From the NCBI GenBank assembly GCA_002327305.1, contig DCUZ01000103.1:18102-65798 (forward strand): a stretch of 47,697 nucleotides of DNA, read 5' to 3'. Below the pieces are notes generated by a model, which made no database searches, was not told the origin of the DNA, and saw only the letters and a list, made by a program, of their open reading frames with translations. The position numbers and the translations under genes were made by a program. Position 1 is the first letter of the stretch, and the number at the start of each line of letters is the position of its first letter. Origin of the DNA: Holophagales bacterium UBA2201. GTDB taxonomy: Bacteria > Acidobacteriota > Thermoanaerobaculia > UBA2201. Shown piece by piece: positions 1 to 7,317 of the stretch.

Positions 1-219
1 GTGGCCATCGCCCGGGCCACCATCATGCGGCCGGCCCTGGTGCTGGCCGACGAACCCACCGGCAACCTGGACCGCGCGTCGGCCGCCGAGATCATCCACC
101 TGCTTGAATCCCTCAACGCCGAGGGGCTGACGCTGGTCATGGTTACGCACGATCCCGAGCTGGGGAAGAGGGCGGGGCGGACGCTGCGGCTTTTGGATGG
201 GAGGATACAAGATGCCTAA
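1..219 (+). CDS. ABC transporter ATP-binding protein (LolD/MacB/FtsE type), 5'-truncated by window edge
   Basis: Walker B/D-loop [12 protein letters not shown] and H-loop VMVTHD; followed by two MacB-type permeases. Confidence 0.93.
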   Translation: MAIARATIMRPALVLADEPTGNLDRASAAEIIHLLESLNAEGLTLVMVTHDPELGKRAGRTLRLLDGRIQDA

Positions 220-222
220 CGC

Positions 223-255
223 AGTTTCGAGTTTCGAGTTTCGAGTTTCGAGTTT
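223..255 (+). repeat. Tandem heptamer array (AGTTTCG)x4 plus partial copy
   Basis: agtttcg at 223, 230, 237, 244, then agttt; begins 3 nt after the ATPase stop codon. Confidence 0.95.
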
Positions 256-274
256 GCGCGCTTTCAAGGCATTT

Positions 275-385
275 GCAGGGGCGAGCCGGTGGCTCGCCCT
301 CCGGAACGAGCCTCGCATTTACAATGTAGGGGCGGGATGCAATCCCGCCCGCGGGAGGGATTCCCGTAGGTCATCCCTCCCCTAC
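275..385. repeat. Cluster of three REP-like palindromes
   Basis: GCAG-GGGCGAGCCGGTGGCTCGCCC (275-299), GTAG-GGGCGGGATGCAATCCCGCCC (326-350) and inverted GGGAGGGA...TCCCTCCC-CTAC (353-385): GTAG-type tetranucleotide followed by a GC-rich hairpin. Confidence 0.75.
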
Positions 386-438
386 AGAACATTGCGACCA
401 GATCCGAACTGCGCGAAGATTTGTTTTAGAGGAAAATC

Positions 439-999
439 ATGAAATCACACTATTTATTACTAATTCTCCTATACTTGACACCGTGGGCATTTGCTATCGA
501 TCAGCGCCAGGCGAAGGGGCCTGAAGTCAATTTAGAAACCGTTTGCCAACCAAAAAACAAGGTTGGCATTTTTAGATTTGAAGCAATAAGGAATGCTCAC
601 AAGGCCGAGGTAATCTTTAAGACCAGAACATTTGATCCTGCCATTCATAAAATCACTTATGCAGATCAAGCTTATGTGGCAAAGCATAATATTCATACTG
701 TTGACCCCAACGCAAAATGTGTCGTAGAAATTGATGGAGCGTCTCCTTTGGGGTTGGAACCATTATTTTGTATTTCTTCGAACGATGATTTAAAGTCCAT
801 GGTAGAAATAGAGACACTTACTTTGCTATTCGATGGCAAAAGGATTCAATTGCCGGAAAATCTCTTTAGGGATTGCTACAACCCGAATCTTAGCCGGGAT
901 TATATGGAATTGAGTCTTGGCGATGATGCGAAAAGCGTCTTCCTATTCATGGCGGGCAGCGACGCTTCAGGCGGATATCAAGTTCTTTGGGTCCTATGA
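439..999 (+). CDS. AT-rich secreted hypothetical protein; may extend to 1083 through an in-frame TGA (possible pseudogene)
   Basis: AGAGGA RBS; signal-peptide-like N-terminus MKSHYLLLILLYLTPWAFA; low GC (22/60 G+C at 541-600); frame stays open 27 codons past TGA 997-999 until TGA-TAG at 1081-1086. Confidence 0.75.
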   Translation: MKSHYLLLILLYLTPWAFAIDQRQAKGPEVNLETVCQPKNKVGIFRFEAIRNAHKAEVIFKTRTFDPAIHKITYADQAYVAKHNIHTVDPNAKCVVEIDGASPLGLEPLFCISSNDDLKSMVEIETLTLLFDGKRIQLPENLFRDCYNPNLSRDYMELSLGDDAKSVFLFMAGSDASGGYQVLWVL

Positions 1000-1094
1000 A
1001 GCGATGGTCATCACTCAAGATTGTCCAAGGCCTGCTCTGATTGCGGCTATTCCGAAACGCTTCGATTCATCGAGGAAGAGTGATAGGGCGTGGG

Positions 1095-1330
1095 AACCTT
1101 GAATCTTGAACTTGGATCTTTGAACTCAATCCTGGCACACGGAAACCATGAGCAAATCCGTCCCGACGCGAGGTCGGGACGCTGCAGAAACTAAGAGACA
1201 GGGAACCATGAGCTGTCCTTGTGTTTCTTTATCTCCGAACTCCGAACCCCGAACTCCGAACTGGCTTCTAACTTTGAACCTTGAACTTCGAACTTGGAAC
1301 TCGAAACTCGCAACTCGAAACTCGCAACTG
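1095..1330 (+). repeat. Degenerate heptamer arrays (AACTYGN type, reverse complement of the 223-255 array) with an internal REP-like palindrome
   Basis: aaccttg/aatcttg/aacttgg (1095-1128); aactccg/aaccccg (1233-1262); aactttg...aactcga/aactcgc (1270-1330); palindrome GTCCCGAC-GCGAG-GTCGGGAC at 1160-1180. Confidence 0.88.
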
Positions 1331-1340
1331 GACCAAAGCC

Positions 1341-2534
1341 ATGAGACTCAACGATAGATTAGGCTTCGCCCTGAGTTCCCTGACCGCGCACAAATTGCGC
1401 ACCGGCCTGACCCTCCTAGGGATGGCCGTGGGGATCGCGGCGGTTATTTCGCTCACCGCCCTTGCCGAGGGGGCCCGCCTCTATGTGATGAACGAATTCC
1501 TGGACCTGGGGACGCACCTGGCCGTGGTCCTTCCGGGGAAGGTGGAGACCACCGGGGCCATGCCGTGGGGCGGGGTGGTGCGGGACCTGACGCTGAAGGA
1601 TTTCGAACTGATGGACCAGCGCCTCGAGGGGAAGGCGCGGGCGGCCCCCATCGTCCTGGGGACCGAAGCGGTGAGCCACGGGAGCCGCAGCCGCTCCATG
1701 GCCGTCATCGGCACGACGGCCGAATACCTTCCCATCCGCCGTATCACGATGGCCTCGGGCCGCTTCCTGGCCCCGTCGGAAACGGGGGGCGCGGAGATCG
1801 TCCTGGGGCCGGCGGCGGCGCGGGAGGTGTTCGGCATCGAGAACCCCCTGGGGCGGACGGTGCGCATGGGGGGATGGCGGTTCCGCGTGGTGGGCATCCT
1901 CGAGCCCAAGGGGCGCGCCGGCGGCTTCGACATGGACGACCTGGCCTTCATCCCCGTGGCCACCGCCATGAAGGTGTTCAACCGCGCCTCGCTCTTCCGC
2001 ATCATCGTGGAGGTGCGCCCCGACACCCCCATGACCGTCATGAAGGGGCGGCTTGAAAAGTTCTTCAAGGACCTGCACCGCGCCGAGGATGTCACCGTCG
2101 TCTCTCCCGACGCCATGCTGGCCTCCTTCTCCTCCATCATGCGGACGCTGACGCTGGCCCTGGCGGGGATCGCCGCCATCTCGCTCGTGGTGGCGGGGCT
2201 GGGGATCATGAACATCATGCTCGTCTCCGTGGCCGAGCGGCGGGAGGAGGTGGGGCTGTTGAAGGCCCTCGGAGGCGAGGGCCGGCAGGTCCTGGAGGTC
2301 TTCCTGGCCGAGGCGGTGTTGCTCTCCGCCGCCGGCGGGGTCGCGGGACTGGCGGCCGGCCTCGTCGCGGTCCGGGTTTTTGTCCGCTTCTATCCTTCGT
2401 TCCCCGCCACCCCGCCCGGATGGGCGGTGGCGGCCGCCCTGGCGCTCTCCTTCCTCGTGGGAACCCTGGCCGGGATCCTCCCGGCCATGAGGGCCGCGCG
2501 GCTTGATCCGATTAGGGCGCTGGCAAGACGATGA
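1341..2534 (+). CDS. ABC transporter permease (MacB/FtsX family)
   Basis: N-terminal TM (RTGLTLLGMAVGIAAVI), periplasmic domain, GLGIMNIMLVSVAERREEVG motif, C-terminal RAARLDPIRAL; start set at ATG 1341 after the repeat array. Confidence 0.93.
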   Translation: MRLNDRLGFALSSLTAHKLRTGLTLLGMAVGIAAVISLTALAEGARLYVMNEFLDLGTHLAVVLPGKVETTGAMPWGGVVRDLTLKDFELMDQRLEGKARAAPIVLGTEAVSHGSRSRSMAVIGTTAEYLPIRRITMASGRFLAPSETGGAEIVLGPAAAREVFGIENPLGRTVRMGGWRFRVVGILEPKGRAGGFDMDDLAFIPVATAMKVFNRASLFRIIVEVRPDTPMTVMKGRLEKFFKDLHRAEDVTVVSPDAMLASFSSIMRTLTLALAGIAAISLVVAGLGIMNIMLVSVAERREEVGLLKALGGEGRQVLEVFLAEAVLLSAAGGVAGLAAGLVAVRVFVRFYPSFPATPPGWAVAAALALSFLVGTLAGILPAMRAARLDPIRALARR

Positions 2535-2538
2535 AAAC

Positions 2539-2643
2539 AGTTGCGAGTTTCGAGTTTTTAGTTTCGAGTTCAAATCAGCCGCCTAGATTTGGCCTTGGTG
2601 GAGTTTTCAACTCGCAACTCGCAACTCGAAACTCGAAACTCAA
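2539..2643. repeat. Inverted pair of heptamer arrays forming a long hairpin between the two permease genes
   Basis: agttgcg/agtttcg/agttttt/agtttcg/agtt (2539-2570), ~38 nt spacer, then aactcgc x2/aactcga x2/aactcaa (2609-2643). Confidence 0.92.
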
Positions 2644-2651
2644 GAGCCATC

Positions 2652-3854
2652 ATGACGATCGCTGAGCGCCTGCGATTTGTGTTGGGGGCCCTGGAGGGCC
2701 ACCGCCTGCGGTCCGTCCTTTCCGCCCTCGGCATCGCCATCGGCATCGCCGCCGTCATCCTCCTCACCTCCCTCGGCGAGGGGACCCGGAGGTACATCGT
2801 ATCGGAGTTCTCGCAATTCGGGACCAATCTCATCGCCGTGGTCCCGGGCAACGTGAAAACCATCGGCATCCCGGGGGTCTTCGGCGGATCCACCCACCCC
2901 CTCGATCTGGAGGACGCCGCCGCCATCCGCCGCCTGGACGGAGTCGGTGCGGTGACCCCGGTGGTGATGGGGCAGGCCCGCGTCGAGCACCGGCGCATGG
3001 GCCGCTCCGTCTATATCTACGGCGTTTCCCATGAGGTGCCCGCCACCTGGCGGTTTCAGGTGGGCGAGGGGGCATTCCTTCCCGCCGCGGACTACTCCCG
3101 CAAGGCCCAGGTGGCGGTCCTGGGGCCGCGCGTGGCGCGCGAATTGTTCGGTGGGGCCTCCCCCCTGGGCGAACGGATCAAGATCGGGGGACAGACCTTT
3201 CGCGTCATCGGCGTCATGGCGCCCAAGGGCCAACTGCTGGGGTTCGACATAGACGATGCCGCCTACATTCCGGCCGGCACGGCCATGGCGCTGTTCAACC
3301 TCAGGGAATGCCACGAGATCGACGTTGCCGCCGATGACGCCGCCGGGGTGGATGCCCTGGTGGGGTCCATCCACGCCCTCCTCACGAAACGCCACCGCGG
3401 GCAGGAGGACTTCACCATCCAGACCCAGGCCGACATGCTGGGGGCCCTCAGCCGCGTCATGGGCATGATCACCCTCGCGGTGGGGGGCATCGCGGGCATC
3501 TCCCTCCTGGTGGGGGCCATCGGCATCCTCACCATCATGTGGGTCTCGGTCCACGAGCGCACTTTCGAGATCGGCCTCCTGCGCGCCCTGGGGGTGACCC
3601 GCTCCGGGGTGGCGGGGCTCTTCCTGCTGGAAGCCGTCACCCTTTCTCTGGCCGGCGGCCTCGGGGGGCTGGCGGCGGGCTATGCGATCAAAGCGGCGCT
3701 GAAGATCGCCGTGCCCGGCCTCCCGATGGAGGTCCCCTGGTATGCCGTGGCGGGCGCCCTGGCCATGAGCTTCGGCGTCGGGATGGCCAGCGGCTACCTG
3801 CCCGCGCGCCGGGCCGCCTCGCTCGATCCCGTGGAGGCGCTGAGGGCGGAGTAA
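2652..3854 (+). CDS. ABC transporter permease (MacB/FtsX family), paralog of 1341-2534
   Basis: RSVLSALGIAIGIAAVI; GAIGILTIMWVSVHERTFEIGL; RAASLDPVEALRAE; start at ATG 2652. Confidence 0.93.
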   Translation: MTIAERLRFVLGALEGHRLRSVLSALGIAIGIAAVILLTSLGEGTRRYIVSEFSQFGTNLIAVVPGNVKTIGIPGVFGGSTHPLDLEDAAAIRRLDGVGAVTPVVMGQARVEHRRMGRSVYIYGVSHEVPATWRFQVGEGAFLPAADYSRKAQVAVLGPRVARELFGGASPLGERIKIGGQTFRVIGVMAPKGQLLGFDIDDAAYIPAGTAMALFNLRECHEIDVAADDAAGVDALVGSIHALLTKRHRGQEDFTIQTQADMLGALSRVMGMITLAVGGIAGISLLVGAIGILTIMWVSVHERTFEIGLLRALGVTRSGVAGLFLLEAVTLSLAGGLGGLAAGYAIKAALKIAVPGLPMEVPWYAVAGALAMSFGVGMASGYLPARRAASLDPVEALRAE

Positions 3855-3855
3855 C

Positions 3856-3922
3856 TCCGGTCCGCTTGCCGCTTTACGCCGTCCGCTCCCCGCTTTCCGG
3901 CCTTCCGGCTTTCCGGCTTTTT
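3856..3922 (+). repeat. Degenerate short tandem repeats (ccgctYY / ttccggcY) between convergent genes
   Basis: ccgcttg ccgcttt ... ccgctcc ccgcttt, followed by tandem ttccggc units. Confidence 0.5.
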
Positions 3923-3943
3923 CACTGCGATGCGATGGGGCGC

Positions 3944-5473
3944 TCAGACCCGGATCTCGGTCCCGCCGTCTTCGGCCGCTTCCCGGGGACCCGTCACCCG
4001 GTTCTTCCCCATCCGCTTGCTATGGAACATCAACTGGTCGCCGCGGCTGACCAGGGTGTCGATGGTGTCCTCGGGAACCGCCGGCGTCGCTCCGACCGAG
4101 ATGGTGGCTCGCAGCGGCCGCAGTCCGTCCTGGATGACCTCCTCCTCCACCAGGGCGCGGAACTTCTCGCCGGCCGCCGCCAGCTGTCCCGGATCCACGC
4201 CGGTGACGATGGCCATGAACTCGTCGCCCCCCCAGCACCCCACCATGTCGGAAAGGCGCGCGTGATCGGCGAAGGCGCGCCCCACGGCCCGGATGATGAG
4301 GTCGCCGGCGGCATGTCCGAACGTGTCGTTGACGACCTTCAGGTTGTCCACATCGATGAAGATGATCCCGAAGCGCCATCCATAGCGCTGGAGTTCCTGC
4401 AGGCGGGTCAGGAGGGTCACCTCGAGATATCGCCGGTTGGCCAGGCCGGTGAGGCTGTCCAAAAAGGCCAGCTTTTCGAGTTGCGCCATCGTCTCGTGCG
4501 TGCCGTGCACCCCGACCCGTTCCTTGAAGATCTCGACGGCGCCGGTCACCTCGGATCTCCCGTTGCGCAGGGGGTGGACGGAAACGGTCATGGGAACGCG
4601 GCTCCCGCTCTTGTGCTGGAAATACAGTTCTCCGGTCTGCGGGGTCCCGGACAGCATCGCGACGCCGAGGAGGCAGGGATGGCTGCAGGTGGCGCACGCC
4701 TCGCCGTCCCGCTGGATCAGGTGGTCGTTCCAGCAGTGGCTTCCGACCAGCTCCTCTCCGGTGCTCCGTCCCAGGTCCTGGGCCGCGGCATTCCAATAGA
4801 TCACCCGCCGGTCCCCGTCCAGCATGAACACGCTCTCGTCCAGGGCGTCGAAGAGCATCAGCAGGAGCTCACGCTCCGCACGGTGCGCGACGGCCGGAGG
4901 ATCGGCACCGGCCGCAAGAGGGGGCGCCTCCGCATCCTCCAGGGCGCCGGCGGCATCGATCGGGAGAGCCGGCTGGCCGGCCGGATGGAGAGGTTCCGGC
5001 CGGAACGGAAGCGGCGCGCTCCGACGCGTCGCGGCGCGCCGCAGAAGGTCGAGATGCTTCCGTATCCCCCCCTGGATGTTCTCCACGAAGGGCCTGAAAT
5101 GGACGCTCAGCCCGCGGAAGAACTCCTGATCGAACAGGGACAGGGAAAGAGACTCAAAATCGAGCGATGCCTGCAGGGCCTGGTCCACCGAAGGGGCGGG
5201 GCACGATTCCCGGAACGATTCCATCGCCGCGCAGATGCCCTGGAGTTCCAGAAAGTCGATCCTGAGCCGGCGAAAGACGCGGGGGTTGCGCATCACGATC
5301 CGTGTTTGGTATTGGATGACATTGCGGTGGGCCACCTGGTCGAGGGCCAGCCGGCCGAAAAGCTGGGCCGTCTCCCCCTGAGAGGCGAACATCTCGCAGA
5401 ACCGCTCATAGAGCTGGCCTTTGGTCGTCTCGATGTCCCCCAGGATCCTCAACCCTTTGATGACATCCAACAT
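3944..5473 (-). CDS. Diguanylate cyclase with N-terminal ferritin/rubrerythrin-like helical domain and PAS domain
   Basis: DSLTGLANRR, IDVDNLKVVNDTFGH and intact GGDEF; PAS (DRRVIYWNAAA...EELVGSHC); N-terminal LYERFCEMF...LFGRLALDQVAH pattern. Confidence 0.88.
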   Translation of the reverse strand: MLDVIKGLRILGDIETTKGQLYERFCEMFASQGETAQLFGRLALDQVAHRNVIQYQTRIVMRNPRVFRRLRIDFLELQGICAAMESFRESCPAPSVDQALQASLDFESLSLSLFDQEFFRGLSVHFRPFVENIQGGIRKHLDLLRRAATRRSAPLPFRPEPLHPAGQPALPIDAAGALEDAEAPPLAAGADPPAVAHRAERELLLMLFDALDESVFMLDGDRRVIYWNAAAQDLGRSTGEELVGSHCWNDHLIQRDGEACATCSHPCLLGVAMLSGTPQTGELYFQHKSGSRVPMTVSVHPLRNGRSEVTGAVEIFKERVGVHGTHETMAQLEKLAFLDSLTGLANRRYLEVTLLTRLQELQRYGWRFGIIFIDVDNLKVVNDTFGHAAGDLIIRAVGRAFADHARLSDMVGCWGGDEFMAIVTGVDPGQLAAAGEKFRALVEEEVIQDGLRPLRATISVGATPAVPEDTIDTLVSRGDQLMFHSKRMGKNRVTGPREAAEDGGTEIRV

Positions 5474-5519
5474 AATTCACTGGCGGCGCCTTTCCGGGCC
5501 GCAATACCCCGCGACAAAG

Positions 5520-5549
5520 ATTATAGTGCAGTGCAAACGAAGTTGTCAA
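5520..5549 (-). promoter_or_regulatory. Consensus sigma70 promoter of the diguanylate cyclase
   Basis: Minus strand reads TTGACA-N18-TATAAT, ending about 46 nt upstream of ATG 5473. Confidence 0.8.
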
Positions 5550-5709
5550 CCACCCCCCACCAGAAGCAACGAAAAGCATCCAGTAGAATGGTGCCATGTC
5601 TCAAGAATTAGGGCCGCGTCTCAATAATTATTATTTTTAGGCCTGCCGTGATGGTGGGGTGTTCATCCACCTGATACCCACATCCCCCTGCCGCCTGCAA
5701 CCCGCCCCT

Positions 5710-6450
5710 TCAACCGCCGATGAGAACCGCTCCCCCGTTGACGTCCAGGGTGGTGCCGTTGACATGCCTGGCCCAATCCGAAACGAGGAAAAGGACGGGA
5801 AAAGCTATATCCTCCGGAGGCGGGATCCGGCGCAGGGGGATGGTGGCGGCGATCTGCTCCTTCCGGCCGGGCTTGGCGAACTCCTCCGCGCTCATCGGGG
5901 TGTCCACCCAACCGGGGGCCACCACGTTGGTCCGGATCCCCCGCGGTCCGAGCTCGGCGGCCCATGACTTGGCCAGTCCCGCCATCGCCGCCTTGGTGGC
6001 GGCATAGTGGGCGTGCACGGCCTCCCCCCTTCTGCCCGCCGTGGATCCCACCATGACGATGGCGCCCCCGGCGTTCATCATGGGCACCAGGGCGTTGGTC
6101 AGATACCCCACGGCGTCCAGGTTGAGGGCCATCGTCTCTTTCCACACGGAAAAGTCGGAGGTCCCGATGGGGAAGTGGGTCCAGATCCCGGCGTTGTGGA
6201 CGAGATAGTCGAGCGTGGGGCTCTTCGCCTGGAACTCCTCCGCCAGCGTCTTCCAGCCGAGGGCATTCGCAAGGTCCGCCTGGATGCCGACGGCCCCGGT
6301 GGCGTTGCCCAGGGTCTCCGCCTCTTCCTGATGACGGTTGTAGGAAAAATAGGTCTTGACCTTGTGGGCCGTGAAGACCTCCACCACGGCCTTCCCGATC
6401 CCCAGCGAGCCCCCGGTGACGAGGGCGGTCTTGCCTTCGACGTTCAGCAT
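5710..6450 (-). CDS. SDR family oxidoreductase (FabG-like)
   Basis: TGGSLGIG, HNAG, catalytic YAATK, NVVAPG; GGAGG RBS before ATG 6450. Confidence 0.92.
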   Translation of the reverse strand: MLNVEGKTALVTGGSLGIGKAVVEVFTAHKVKTYFSYNRHQEEAETLGNATGAVGIQADLANALGWKTLAEEFQAKSPTLDYLVHNAGIWTHFPIGTSDFSVWKETMALNLDAVGYLTNALVPMMNAGGAIVMVGSTAGRRGEAVHAHYAATKAAMAGLAKSWAAELGPRGIRTNVVAPGWVDTPMSAEEFAKPGRKEQIAATIPLRRIPPPEDIAFPVLFLVSDWARHVNGTTLDVNGGAVLIGG

Positions 6451-6504
6451 GGCGGTACCTCCGGAGTAAAATCGCATTATTATACCGTTCTTGAGGGGCT
6501 TCGA

Positions 6505-7254
6505 TCAGAAAACGGTCGCGGGGATCCCTTCGGCCTTCAGGCGCGCCCCGATGGCGTCGAGGCGCCGTCGCTCCAGCGGTGCGAGCCACAGGTCGGGCCA
6601 GCCGCGGTCCAGCGAATAAATCTGGACCTCGACTGGGCGGACCAAGCGCAACCGCTCGATCCACTTTTCGACCTCCCCCTCTGAATAATTCCCCGCGGGC
6701 CCTCCGGCCCACAGTGATTGGACCGTGACCCCGCCATGTTCCGCCAGCCCATCCACGATCTCCTTGAGCGTCAGGCCGCCCAACGGCCTGTTGAATCCCG
6801 AAAACACCGCCTCCGTCCCCGCGTCCAGTTTCATGATCCGCACATCCAGCCGCCGCAGGGAGCGGCGGATATCCTCCCGGCCCGAGGTCCCAGAATTGGA
6901 GAGGATGGCCGTCCGTGCCGACGGAACCAGACGGTCGCGAATACCGATGACCGCCTCCACGATCGCCGGAAACTCAGGATGGAGGGTCGGTTCGCCGTTG
7001 CCGGAGAAGGTGAGATAGGCGGGCGGCTGGGGCAGAGTCGGCAGGAGCGCCTCCAGGGACTGCACCACCGCTTCGGGTGTCGCGAACCCGCTCGCAAGGC
7101 CCGCCGAGCGTTCGGTCCAGCCGTACTGGCAATAGGCGCAGTCGAAGGTGCACACCTTCCGGCCGGCGGGCAGAAGGTTGATGCCGAGGGAACGCCCCAG
7201 GCGGCGGGAGTTGACGGGACCGTAGAGGATGCCGGTTTTCAGCGGAATGGTCAT
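6505..7254 (-). CDS. Radical SAM protein (COG0731-like)
   Basis: CTFDCAYC (CxxxCxxC), YGPVNSRRLGRSLGIN, SGNGEPTLHP; GGAGG RBS before ATG 7254. Confidence 0.92.
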   Translation of the reverse strand: MTIPLKTGILYGPVNSRRLGRSLGINLLPAGRKVCTFDCAYCQYGWTERSAGLASGFATPEAVVQSLEALLPTLPQPPAYLTFSGNGEPTLHPEFPAIVEAVIGIRDRLVPSARTAILSNSGTSGREDIRRSLRRLDVRIMKLDAGTEAVFSGFNRPLGGLTLKEIVDGLAEHGGVTVQSLWAGGPAGNYSEGEVEKWIERLRLVRPVEVQIYSLDRGWPDLWLAPLERRRLDAIGARLKAEGIPATVF

Positions 7255-7279
7255 GATTACCTCCAAGGGTTTCATAGTT

Positions 7280-7303
7280 GCAGGGGCACAGCATGCTGTG
7301 CCC
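7280..7303. repeat. REP-like palindrome
   Basis: GCAG followed by GGGCACAGCATGCTGTGCCC. Confidence 0.75.
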
Positions 7304-7317
7304 TGGAAGGATCGCCC

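Noticed and set aside
223-1330. Repeat arrays as a CRISPR array
   Set aside because: Units are contiguous 7-mers with no unique spacers, and there are no cas genes in the window
1281-1340. Repeat-encoded N-terminal peptides (TRNSQLETRN) on both permeases
   Set aside because: These are translations of the heptamer arrays; family similarity starts at ATG 1341 and ATG 2652
6505-7254. Radical SAM as a RiPP maturase or tRNA wyosine synthase
   Set aside because: No SPASM cysteines and no precursor peptide nearby; a short stand-alone family member whose function cannot be assigned
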